Positions 1 through 20,220 of a stretch of 64,000 nt of DNA are shown here, one piece after another. The stretch is from a bacterium (GTDB taxonomy: Bacteria > UBA8248), in the NCBI GenBank assembly GCA_965213685.1, contig CBDBZY010000064.1, forward strand, positions 1,312,001 through 1,376,000. The letters are read 5' to 3'. Both the position numbers and the translations under genes were made by a program. The stretch's first letter is position 1, and every line of letters starts with the position of its first letter. Under the pieces are notes generated by a model. The model did no database searches, was not told the origin of the DNA, and saw only the letters and a list, made by a program, of their open reading frames with translations.

Positions 1-1198
1 TTCTGTTCCAACATGACCCTTTGGCTAAGAATTGAATATGTCGCGCATTTTATAGTCATGCCTGGCACCTACACTAAGGAATAACCTCTCCTGAAAGCAG
101 ATGGAAGCCTACACTACTTTGAGTCTGGCTATGCTGACATAATGTCAGAACATCATTGCTTTAGACCTGACAAGTACCAGTCTTGTCCTGACATAAATGC
201 TTTACTTTCATCTCAGCATCAGCATCTAGGCCTTGGCTATTGGCACGTATTCAGTGACGTTACTCAAGCTCCGCTTCTTAAAAAGAAGCATTGTTCGCTT
301 GTGTATGTGCTGTCTACAGCCTTTCGTAGTGGAAGCTCCTGGTGCCAGTTTCTGAAAATGAAGGTGAACCCAAACCAGTGTTCCCTGAATAATGTACACA
401 AGCCTTGGATCATCACTGATGGCCATATAGTCTGCGCTCACTGCACCTGTAATGCAGGGTACCTTAAGGTGACAATTTTTTGCGGGTACCAATCTTTGCG
501 GATTGGCACAAAAACGTTTGTACATGCAAACAAAAGTTTTACTAGCTTTTAGTCTTGTCAACATTACATTTGAATGATTGGTAATCTCAGTCACAAGTGA
601 AAATAGCAAAATTTAATACCTGCAAAATGATGATAATCCCAAAATTGCAAAAAAAATGTACTTGTAAATAATAGTCACCTTAAGGTAAGTGAGCATGCCT
701 GTTTTCTGGAATGTTTAATTCTTGAATCTCATCTATACTAGGCTTGGTGAAAGATGCTCACATATAGCAGCTGTCATGTGGAGTGTGCTGTGAGATTGGG
801 CTACACATCTCAAGGGTGCAAGTGGAATGAGACATTCTGTAACAAGGTATGTTACTTCCGTGATATGTTCCTATGATTTTAATATCTAACTTAAAATCCA
901 GCTATCTCCGATCACAATTAACCGACCAAAGAGAGGAAAAAGTTCACATGACACTGAAAGTTCCGTAGTTAGAAAGCCTCCTCCAAATACAGAGGAGGTC
1001 CTTTTGAGTGCATTAAAAAGCACTCTACTATCATTCTGCTGTGGTGTTTCCTCATTAAATCCACAAAGTCCATCTATTCCACCTCCTGATCCAGTCCTCT
1101 GCAAGCTCCCTCAACCCCTTACAGCTCTAAAGAAAATTAAATCTTGCAAAATATCCACAAAGGAGCTAGAAGCTGCATGTGAGGATGTTTTTGAGTGA
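1..1198 (+). pseudogene. ISL2EU accessory ORF (SWIM-finger N-terminus of the YqaJ exonuclease protein), degraded and spliced
   Basis: Reads PGTYTKE..KQMEAY..FESGY, then KVNPNQ..HKPWII..GHIVCAHCTCNAG|LGERCSHIAA. The SWIM motif CxCx(n)CxH is split by an intron ending ~741. Contains stops and frameshifts. Confidence 0.75.
462..685. mobile_element. MITE with TA target-site duplication
   Basis: TA|CCTTAAGGTGAC ... GTCACCTTAAGG|TA terminal inverted repeats. Confidence 0.85.
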
Positions 1199-1209
1199 GG
1201 CACTATTGT

Positions 1210-1460
1210 GAGTCACTAACAGCCACCCTAATCTTGTGCCACCAGAGCTCCCTTAGGCATTGACTGGAAACACCTCTCCATCAGAGGAGGGGCCATAGGT
1301 GGATTCATGTCTAAGATGTTAATGTATGACGTCAGCACCTGGTGATGGATAAAATGAGTATTTCTGGTGACTCAGGTGAAAAAGAACTTCCATCCTGAGC
1401 ATCAAACCTGGGCCTAGTGACTGGGAGTCCAGTGTACCAAGCACCAAACCACTACTTGGG
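1210..1460 (-). repeat. tRNA-derived SINE-like repeat (family also at ~17005-17330, ~32960-33120, ~44210-44790)
   Basis: Copies share blocks such as cctaatcttgtgcca, ctccatca, cacctggtgatgg, gactcaggtg and cttccatcctgagcat. The minus strand has A-box-like GTAGTGGTT and B-box-like GGTTTGATGC. Confidence 0.6.
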
Positions 1461-1579
1461 ACATGTACATATCTTTTATCTATTCTGCTTACTGAAAAAT
1501 CAATCAAGCAGCCAAGTAATAGATCCAAAGAGAGTGCTATGTTCAGATACATGCAAAGGTGAAGCTATGTATGTAGTTG

Positions 1580-2562
1580 AAATCAAGAAACGTGATTGTG
1601 TTGTTCCTTTTGTAACTTGATTATGTTTCTGCTTTTGCTTCATAGGAGTGTGGTTGCTCTATGTAAATTTCTGAGCAGTCAGTAATGCACTTGGTGTGAG
1701 GATACAGATCCTTCAAAATGAGAGGCATGTTGGCATGGCTTGCACTGGCCACTTAATTAGAAACCAGAGATGTAGATGCATTAAGTACATGTATCTGTTG
1801 AATATGTCAGAAGCAGTTGAAGAGCCAATTATTCAACCAATAAGCAAGGTCTTCAGCAAGTAAGTTGATCAAGAAAGAATAGGGCAGCAAGTGCTCAAAA
1901 TGTAGCAAGATGGTTAAATACCGCACATGATAGCAAGCCAGTGTAACACTTAATGCATTCATCGGTAAGTGGACTCCTTGCCTCAAGTATGCAAATGCTT
2001 GGAGCACAAGACGAAGCAAAAGTAGAACACTGACTTCCCATTGTCTTCCGTTCTTTGGTCTCAGATTGAGTTTCTGCATGAACCTTCCTAGGGTCCTTAA
2101 GAAGTAGTAGACTTTCTGCTGCATTCTCAATACCTTTCATTTCACATTCTTCTGCCACTCATCTGTTCTCTTTGTCAAACTCTTCTGCCTCCACAACTTT
2201 TCTCCTTTTATCACTCCTCTTTTGGCGCTCAATTCAAGAGTCCTTGACATCATGGAGTGGGCAAACACAGTCGGGACATAATGTCATCAAACCTCTCTAC
2301 TGGCTTTCCTGAAACAGAATGAAACAATAACTACAAGTTCCCACTTATACGCCTATCATGTACAGGTCTGTCATTACCTGATACTAAGTGCTCTCTGCGA
2401 ATAATGTACATGTTTGTTTGCTCAACTGCCAATCTTGGTCCTTATGCCAGTAATCCACCTCTTTCATCTGTCACTTGGTTGCATTGAAAAGCAAAAGAAG
2501 CCAAGCCCACACTTTTCTTCATGATGATTTATGCATCTGATAGCCCAGCAGCTAACAACCAT
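1580..2562 (-). pseudogene. THAP-domain + HTH + DDE_Tnp_4 transposase remnant (ISL2EU)
   Basis: THAP: MVVSCWAIRC..GFFCF..RWI, an intron, then DYVPTVF-like. HTH region: IKCYTGL..F and EDLAYW. DDE start: KCITDCSEIYIEQP..SSYKRNNT. Multiple stops. Confidence 0.8.
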
Positions 2563-2889
2563 TGTACTGCTGACATTTTGTGCCAGCCAGGTGTGCATTA
2601 ATTGGAATTTAGTGCACCACACTTATTAGTCCAGTCCTATCTATAGATTCTAAGTATAATGAGTAATTTTTCATTATGTTTTCAGAGGCTACACTACATC
2701 AAAACTTCAGTGCACAAATTCCACTGCAACATCACAATCCATGAAAGCATTCCATAGTGCTAGCTATTATCCACTCCCCCCTAAATACAGCCCATTGTGG
2801 TAACTACAAATGTATTTTAGGTACAACCATCACATTGTACATCATGCTGGGAAATTACAGTACTGGTCACAGACAAGGTACATGTATAA

Positions 2890-3487
2890 CGCAAACGTGT
2901 TTATCTCCAGAGACGAATGCATTTATCTCCGAAGACGAACGCGTTTGTCTCCGGAGATGAACACACTTGTCTCCAGCGATGAACGCGTGTCTCCAGCAAT
3001 GAACACGTTTGCCCTCGTGTGTAAACATGTTTGTCCAAACACGCTTGCTGAATGCGTATACCGTTTGTAGTACCCACTCCCATTTTTTGCACGTGCTGCT
3101 CGTATTGTGTCGCTGTGTGGTATGTGACGCCTCAGAGTTTTCTGCTACCGAGCAAGTATCGTGCAAGCAAGTCAGTGAGGAGACTAACCATCTTATGAAT
3201 ACGAGCATTCAGCATGTCTGTGTGCAGGCGTATGTGTGTTTGAAACTCTGTTTGCGTACGCATATGTATCGACGTCGCGGCGACACGATCACAAGGGAAT
3301 TAGTGGCACATGTGCAAAAAAGGGTGGGTACGTACCTAGGATGGTACACGCAACTAAATGCATCCAGCAAACGAGTTTACAGCAGGGAGCAAAAGCGTTT
3401 ACACGAGAGGGCAAACACATTCATCGCTGGAGACAAATGTGTTCATCTCCAGAGACAAACACGTTCGTCTCCAAAGACAAACACATG
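2890..3487. mobile_element. Foldback/MITE whose arms are built from ~21-bp subrepeats
   Basis: 2890-3025 (tandem tgtctccagagacgaa-like units) is the reverse complement of ~3397-3487. This explains the overlapping repetitive ORFs here. Confidence 0.7.
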
Positions 3488-3555
3488 CAGAATGCGCTTG
3501 TGTTATACCTTGTCTCTGATCAGTACTGTACTGATCAGTAGTGTTCCTTTATATA

Positions 3556-4249
3556 CAGTATGGGTCAGTAAAACATTTCCATTCCGTGTTCGTGCAATGG
3601 TTGTGCAACGATGTTTACCATTCCGTCTTCATACCGTTTCCATTTTTATTGCATTCTGTGTTTTGCTTGGCACGTGCACCGTTTAATAGCGAGGTGAGAA
3701 CGGAAGGCAGCATTTTGGTTGTAGAACAACAGTAGTTTTCACTAAGTACACTAAGCAGTGCATTTAGTTCAGGTTCAGAGAAAGAACCCCCCCCCCCCCG
3801 ACTATTTCGCGTCTTCTCCTAGAGGAAGATATTGTAGTGAGTCGGAATACGACACTGAAGTTTTTGCGAGGCTACAAGGAAAGTAGTACAATCGTACGAA
3901 AGCCTTGGGAGCAGCTATTGCAGCGAAGTGAGTGATGAATTGAAGCAGATATATGAGCGAAGGAAGAGCAATGACGAGACCACGGTGGCACAGCTGGGCC
4001 AGCTTACTGCTACGCTCTTGTAGTGCCTATCTTAGGGACATCTTGGCAGACATAATCTTTCCAACTTTGACACTTCAACCTTTCTACGCAACACGTGGCT
4101 GAAAAAATTGCATTTCACTGAAATAGACGCTGCGTAGAACGTACTGTTGTACAGTGCGTGTTCGTCAATTTCAGGTCTTTCCAACGTGGAACGTACACGA
4201 TGCGTGTTTTAATAAACACAAAACAGAAAGTTTTTACAGACCCATACTG
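3556..4249 (+). mobile_element. Tc1/mariner-like deletion derivative
   Basis: TA|CAGTATGGGTC ... GACCCATACTG|TA. Internal HTH remnant PPTISRLLLEEDIVVSR..KFLR..RKP and SNDETTVAQL. Confidence 0.8.
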
Positions 4250-4411
4250 TACTTTGAAACAGCATGCTAACAATTATAATTCACATACAAAACAAAAGCC
4301 AGTTCTAGTAACACTTCATTTCTCAATGTCAAGAAAGTGTATGATAGGGTGATTGAGTGTATTACACACTCCGTGCAATAAGTGAAGATTGAAGGCTAAT
4401 GCTGTGATGTA

Positions 4412-5272
4412 CAGTAGGTGTCATTAAAAAGTACGTGTTTCTGTTCTGTACAATGGCCATTCTATGGAATAGCCCACCCCGTTCTGTTCGTGTCAATTTC
4501 CAGTTTCTCATTGTTGTTCCGCGAACCTTTCTGTTCCATTGGTCTCCTGTTCCATTCCATTCCGGTCTAGTCTGTTCCGTTTTCTAAACCGTTTTCACAC
4601 TTTCAGTCGTCACTTTAGTGAAGCCAGTCGAAGATGGTATTCGATGAGTACACAAAGAGAAGAATCATAAAATACTACAGAGAAGGGTATAGCTCGAGAA
4701 AGATCGCGTATCTGTTCAAGAAGGAAGGTGTGAAGGTGAGCTACAGTGGCATCAGGAAGTTTTTGTTGAAGTTCAAACAAACTGGGTCTACCTCTCAACG
4801 CTCAGGTAGCGGACGTCCATCGAAGCTGAGGCCGCAAGAGAGATCATAGAATGGCAGATGTATAAAGATGATGAAACGACTGCTGTCCAACTTAGCACAA
4901 TTTTGTCAAGCAGAGGATACACTTACGATTCAGCTCCTGGAGAGCACGAAGGGCCGCCTGTCAGGACATCCTTGCTAGTCCACAGGTGACAGCTACCCAA
5001 GAGATACAGCTCAACGTCAGTAGCAAAGGGATGGGAAGAACGAATTGCTTCGTGCGACTTTGCACCTGGACTCAGGCCATTGACACGTGGAAGAATGGAA
5101 CAAAACGGGAACAGGATGGAATGGGATGGAAAAAAATGGAATGGGTGACAAATTAATGGAAATTGAGAGCCCGGACATGCCCCATTTTTCTTCCATTTTT
5201 TTTTTTTAATGGGAGCCCATGCAACAGCCGTACTATGGAACGGAAACGCATACTTTTTAATGACGCCTACTG
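4412..5272 (+). mobile_element. Tc1/mariner-like deletion derivative carrying the N-terminal HTH ORF (4634-4849)
   Basis: TA|CAGTAGGTGTCATTAAAAAGT ... ACTTTTTAATGACGCCTACTG|TA. ORF MVFDEYTKRRII..GYSSRKIA..GSGRPSKL, then frameshifted DDETTAVQL. No DDE domain. Confidence 0.85.
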
Positions 5273-5872
5273 TACTTCAAAGGTAGTGAATAGGTATAGG
5301 GGAGCATGTAGTTCAGTATTAGACATTGATTTGGTTTAGGATGCTGCACAGAATGGTCATGTATAGAAGATGAATATAGGAATAGAAATTGTCTCAAGAC
5401 ATCACAGCATTAATTTGATTGTTAGTAGGTAATTATTGCTTTCAGTCATTGGGTTGTTATCAAGTATGGCAGCAAGTAAGATTACAGTTTCAATTAGTGG
5501 CGGTGGTGCCAGTTACCCATTGGACAGTTTATTGAGCAAATACAAGGTCGGCAAATGATTTTGAGCCAACTCTTCGATGCATTTGAGAGCTACTAGCCTT
5601 CATTAATAGGATGTTAGTACAATGGTCATTACAGATATTCATATGCAAGCCTAGTGCCCAGAGGACGATCCTCACTACCCCAACTGGTGACACTTCATTC
5701 AGCTTACACATACAAATTCACTTAATGCAGAACATTGTGGGTGAGAGGGAACGAGCCAGCTGCTGAATCTGCTGCTGAAATGTAGGGGCAAAAGAACGGA
5801 AAGCTGATGTGTGAACCCATGCTATATGTCACCACAGTCACTATTATCCCATCTTCCGTGTGAGGATACTTA

Positions 5873-6373
5873 CAGTAGGCATCATTAAAAAGTTTCCGTA
5901 CCATTTGCGTTCTGTTTTGCATGCTACATGTATTTGCGTAGGGTTTGCATTGGGCTACCGAGCAGTTTGTGGGGAGTTGCGTAGGGGTTGCGTGGGGCTT
6001 CCGTTCGGTGTACAATCCATTTACCATCTGTCTAACTATACGTTATTGTAATTCCGGTACTCAATGAGTGCGAGTGCAAGGTATGTACTCTCCCAGGTGC
6101 AGTCAACGATTTTTGACTATTACACTAACGAACAATGCTCTTCTGTTACTCCGACAGTCGACAGTCCTTCGAGGTTTAACAGTTTCATGTGCGCACACAC
6201 GTTGCTCCTCTGTTTTCAAAATTTCATAGACTGTTCAGGTACCATTCATTAGCTTGCATTCTCTGTCTGTTCTCCATCCATTTAGCGTCTGTTCACTGTC
6301 CGTTTTGTGTCCATTTACCATTCATCGAAAACGAAATGCAAATGGTACAGAAACTTTTTTATGACGCCTACTG
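5873..6373. mobile_element. MITE with the same TIR family as 4412-5272
   Basis: TA|CAGTAGGCATCATTAAAAAGTTTC ... GAAACTTTTTTATGACGCCTACTG|TA. A solo end of this family is at ~11900-11920. Confidence 0.85.
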
Positions 6374-7224
6374 TACATGTACTTAGACTGCAGCTGTATT
6401 CAATTCTGAAATCTGATTGGTCAGGAGCGTGGCTTCTACAGCCGATAGTGACCTGGACTGTGAATTCTATTGTGTCCGCAGGCTATTCACGTAAAATTGT
6501 AATAGTGCATGTTAAATAGAAATCCGCGTGGTGAGCAAATGCGAACTTCATTGAAAAATTTAAACACCAGCGCAATCCTTGCGCTCTTCCGCGTCTAATG
6601 GTACCTTTCATTACACCTGAATTATTCCTGTTCAAACGTTAGGGGTATGTTCCATAAAGAAAGTAGAGATGCCATTGACCACAAAGAATTTAGTGTGCGT
6701 GACCTCCACACACGCACCTCGCGCAAAGATGGCACATACGTACACTGTCGACTGTCACAGAGGAGTAAGAGTTGCGAGAAACCTTCACTACAAAAACCAT
6801 GAAGGTTTGTCAGGTGATTAGAGCAAGCTGCTATCCTAGACTTTATATTATAGACAGTGAAACATGGAGCAGCTGTCCCAACGCTTAAAATGTGAACTCA
6901 CCTCTGCGCCCCTGCCCTTAGCCGTAACGTAACCCTTGCCTTCTCTCTAGCCTACTCCTGGGTCTAACCTGGCCTAGCTTGAGAGCACATGGGTAAGGCT
7001 GGGCTAAGGGCTAGATGCCCACGCAGCCATTAACCGCAAAAATGTGTGTAGTTGTAACAATGACAGGCGCTTACATAAGCAAGTAAACCACAGCTATTTC
7101 TGGGGCTTAGGTGAAGTCAATTAATTACAAGGATACATGAGTAGAGGTACACATAAGTTGAGTAGTGGTGCTGACTACTTATTCGCCCCCAGGGTCACTA
7201 TCAGTGGCAGATAAGACAGTCTGC

Positions 7225-8531
7225 TTAGGCCACACAAAACAGCTGATGAGTCTGGGTCTCGCTTGAAATATAGGTCTGTGCAAGGGACCATGGCGGTGGT
7301 GGTTGGAGGGCTGACTCAACACTATGGGTCCTGGGTCGTTCTGGACAGTTGAGTATGTCAAAAAGAGCTTTCCACTGTTGATCTGACATCCTCTTGTAGG
7401 AACACACACCCTCCAGACTACGGTGACTTGTTTGTTCCATGACTAACTGTTCATCAACGCCTGAGTGGAGTGGTATAGCCTGCTGGTAGTTGTGGCTCTT
7501 AAAAAGTGATTGGTCTTGTGCCCCAGAATGCCAGCTGATGAACACAGACGAACAACTGTTTTGCACGGCTTGGTGTGGCCAAGTGGCTGTTTTGAATACC
7601 AGCAGGTGGCAGTTGGATGGATTGCTGGTCTGAGGTGGAAGGCGTCAGCTGGTGCATTGTTTGAGCACAAGGACATGTAGAGCTTGAAGAGACGCACAAA
7701 GCACCATTATCTGGCAAGAATTATGCCTAAGCTGTCTGTGTTCTCTCCCACTCCTCAGGGCAAAGTAGTACCCATTATAAAATATAATGGTGTCCAGGAG
7801 AGTTTGAGATGTGTGGTCGCCAAGCAAGCCTTTTACCCATAGACTGTCCTCTCAGCCTCTGTTAGTGTTTCAGCTTGCTTCCTGGTGGAACCTACTCCTA
7901 GTTGCTATAGCCTCTTCATCTCTGCATCTAGAGATTTTCGAGTCTACGAATTCTGGGTCTTTGAAAGAGTCAAGCCCAGGCTGACCAGTGCATCTCACAT
8001 GTCTCATTATCCCAACAGTAATGTGGTGCAGAGTTAGGTGGGTACACTTCTTCAGACTTCTTCGAACCTCAAGCACAAATCTTGTTAACCAATACTGCAT
8101 TTGTGTGTTGTCATGTTTGCTATTGTTGGAAGGTCAGAGTTTGTTGTCTCCATTCTGTGTTTCCTCCATGCCTCTAAAAGTCCAATGCATTGTTTTGTGT
8201 CTGCCACAGGTACAGCTCTCTCTTGCATGTGTTCAATCTCTTCGTCTGTCACAAGCTGTGTGAAACAAGCGCCAGAGTGGGTGGGGCTGGTGTAAGGGAC
8301 TGGTACCGGGCCCGGGTCAGACTGAGGGAGTACCATGTGGGATGTCGAAATGTGTATGAGTTTGGGACTGGATGTGGAGGCGGTGGTGTTGTGCTCTAAG
8401 GTCTCACTAGCAGCTAGTAGTAGGCTGTCTATCTCCTTGTCGTCGTTCTCGTTATCGATCGGCTGCATGAACTGAAGAATTTCTGCACTGAAATACAACT
8501 CCAAATCCATCGCTAACCCCTGTTTTGACAT
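7225..8531 (-). pseudogene. Crypton-type (DUF3504/ZMYM-like) tyrosine recombinase remnant
   Basis: Frameshifted pieces: YWLTRFVLEVRR, LGDHTSQTLLDT..YFALRSGREHRQLR, WYSKQPLG, KTNHFLRATTTSRLY (HxxR), GVDEQLVMEQTSHRSLEGVCSYKR. These carry the R-H-R-H-Y catalytic pattern. Confidence 0.85.
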
Positions 8532-9763
8532 GAAAACAGGTCGCCTTAGCTACAGGTACATGTAAGATGGGCTCATCCAATGAAAGGTATGAGAGTTAGA
8601 ACGCCTCAGGCCCTTAGAAATAGGTTGTTCTGTTGCTACGTGTAAGTGCATTGCCCTAGCTACAGTCTAAAATAGTTAGACAGTCTCGTCCAATGAAAAC
8701 TACGGAATTTAGCAGGCTGAGGGCCCTGCACTGTAGTGTCCGAGCGTCTCGCCGTCTAACTATTATTTGTCAGTCAAATGTACATACTTCTACTTCTAGT
8801 TCTACATCCACAGTATACTTGCCTAGCATCCACCCATGAAAGAGCTATGTCTTCGTAGCATCATCAATATAAACATTCCTGTTTCCCGTCTGTTCGACAG
8901 ACTGCTCTGTACTGTTCTGTTCCCCTTTTCTTCCATTCAATTTGCATGCAATTATTATCCATTCCATTGTGTGCTGTTCTGTTCAGTCCTTCGTGTAGCT
9001 TGCATTCTAGTACTGTCCAACAGTCCCCTGCGTGCTTTAGAGTGTGCCAAGAAGCACACTGCATTTCACGACCAGGGGTTACAGTGTGGGAGAGATTGCC
9101 ATGCTATTCAAAGAACTTAAAGGGGGGTTTGAGAGGGATTGCGACGTCATGAAAGTGTGTTGCTTACCAGTTAGCTTTTACCGAGCTTTTAGGCTTATGT
9201 GTAGAGCTGTATTCCTTCCTGGATGTTCACTGTACTCCATAAATGGACTAACCAAATTCAAAACAGTGGCGATCTTGAATTTGAGCACAGTTTTTTTTAG
9301 GATTTCCGTATATTTTGTGTGACATTATTAATTAACGCCTAGGGTAAGAACTAGTTTTACAACCAGTACGTTTTGTGAAGTACATGTCATAGGCAAACCA
9401 AATGCAGGCTTATGATTAGGTAAACTGATGGAACTACTAGGACTTAAGCTCACAGCCCTGCTCTACTACCACACTCAGATTATGGGTCGATCTTCTTTTG
9501 TTTTAGAGGAAAGTATTTTGCTGCTTTCTTTCTTGTTAGTGGGTGTCCTTGAGGAGCCATTTTCATATCACTTGGGACTCCAGAATGATGTCTATTAATC
9601 TCTGTGGCTCCCAGCACCCTTGTCTGACTCTTGATTATACAATCTATGTTGAAAGAATGTGCATGCATTGTTGTCACTTACTGTCTGAAGGTCCATGTGT
9701 GTGCAGCATACAAGCAATTGATGTTGTTAGTGAATGTGATGCCTTACAGTATGCTAGGATTTA

Positions 9764-18593
<8,830 letters not shown>

Positions 18594-18677
18594 GTTGACT
18601 GACAAGCCGTTAAAAGACAGATTACCAAGCGCGTTTAACCCCTTACGCCCTGCGCCTCCGTTGCGCGCGCCTCTTCA

Positions 18678-20044
18678 ACAAGCGGCTAGGGACAGGAATG
18701 TGACCGTCGACCTTTGACCCTAACTGCATGCGCTAAGCGTTATTGCGACCTGTAAATGTACGTCAGGCTGTAGCGCTTCTTTATGCGTGCGTCTCAGATC
18801 AGAGTTAGGCATTTGTTATAATTGTACTGTCACGATGCTCATGTCTTCTTGGATAACAAGTGAGTTACCATACAAAATGCAGAACGTGGACGTTCTGTAC
18901 AAACGCGCTTAGGTGGGCAACAATTGGAACACCTTGACCCCACTCCTGGCTTCTTTTTTTGTTTCTCGTAACCTACACACCGCCTGCAATGTGACTACCG
19001 ACAGTAAGTGAGGTATCAGTGATAGTTACAAGTCTGCATGCGCTATGCAGGTTAGACTGTCTATCTGGCTTCATGAGCTGGTGGAAATACTGTAGATATG
19101 GTATACGTCTAGTGTAACATGTACATGTAGTTTAGTACTTTCTGTGTGCTGCTTTCTGATGAACGTCAGTCATCCAGATACCTTCTCATTCTCCAGTTTA
19201 CAGAGTCAAATGCCTTATCCCTGGCTACTTTCATGAGTATGTATGTAATTTAAATTGCCTGTTTCACCTCTATCTCCTATAGCTAAGTAAATTAAATTTT
19301 GGAAGATAATAGAGGTATTGCAGTATGGAGACAAAACATGGGTGCAGAGTACGTGCTATAATACACAATGTCTCATGGCAACAATGATGACATGATGAGT
19401 ACGCCACATCTGATTATGTGATATAAGCCCTATATTGTTGAGCATGCAGCCACCTTAGAAGACGTTACTACATGCAGTTAACAGACTTGAATAATGTGTA
19501 GCTACTGCATCTATACTGTCGATGCATGTATTCACATAATCACCAGTCTGATATGCATATCCTAGGCTGTTAGCACATTTGAAGCATCACGCACTTTAGT
19601 CACACATGGCATACTCGTTGAGTCATTGTTCCTGTGCGTATTATAGCATGTACTCTGCTGCCTCCATACCCCTTTATAATCCCTCTCTGTAATCTGCAAT
19701 TTTTTTAATTACAGTAAGCTGGTGAGAAATGCTCTTGATACAGAGATGGCATAGGCTGAGGTATCAGTTACATGTAGCATGTTTACTAATTAACACACAC
19801 GTGCATTGAACAAAGAGGGTAAGGTTCACAATTCCAATAATTGTACAAAGCCAGATCACCTGCACACCTTGCTGTACAGGGTCAAGTTATGGAACTACTC
19901 TGAACTAAACGTGGCAGTGAGGACATGGTTGTGTAACAAGTGTGAGAATTGGTTTTCTTGGTAAGAACACATAACTATCACTGGTGCCTCACTTACTGAT
20001 AGTACTCACATTCGATGGTCACTTTCCTGTCCCTAGCCGCTTGT
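18678..20044. mobile_element. Non-autonomous TIR element with a 4-bp TSD
   Basis: TTCA|ACAAGCGGCTAGGGACAGGAATGTGACCGTCGA ... TCGATGGTCACTTTCCTGTCCCTAGCCGCTTGT|TTCA. Confidence 0.8.
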
Positions 20045-20220
20045 TTCAATTAATGCCTCTCGAGCAGTGAGAGTCTTGTCAGACCAAGTGATGATCAACC
20101 TTCTGTTGTTTGCTGAACCGAGTATTAAGGTGGATGAAATGTGGGACACTCATCGACGTTAAGATTAAGGGGAATCTCGTTATGTATAGACTTGCTCATG
20201 AGATTAAAATTGCGGGTTCA

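Larger units (their letters stand above)
1..2638. mobile_element. Internally deleted ISL2EU (PIF/Harbinger-related) DNA transposon; left end lies outside the window
   Basis: Convergent degraded ORFs: a SWIM/YqaJ-type ORF on + and a THAP-HTH-DDE_Tnp_4 transposase on -, which is the typical ISL2EU layout. The right end near 2638 (..CCT|AT) is tentative. Confidence 0.75.

Noticed and set aside
2757-3686. Several overlapping ORFs of up to 225 aa
   Set aside because: They arise from the 21-bp subrepeats of a foldback element and show no domain signal
7225-8531. Phage integrase or host ZMYM gene
   Set aside because: Intronless, frameshifted DUF3504-type recombinase with no MYM fingers and no phage genes; a Crypton remnant fits better
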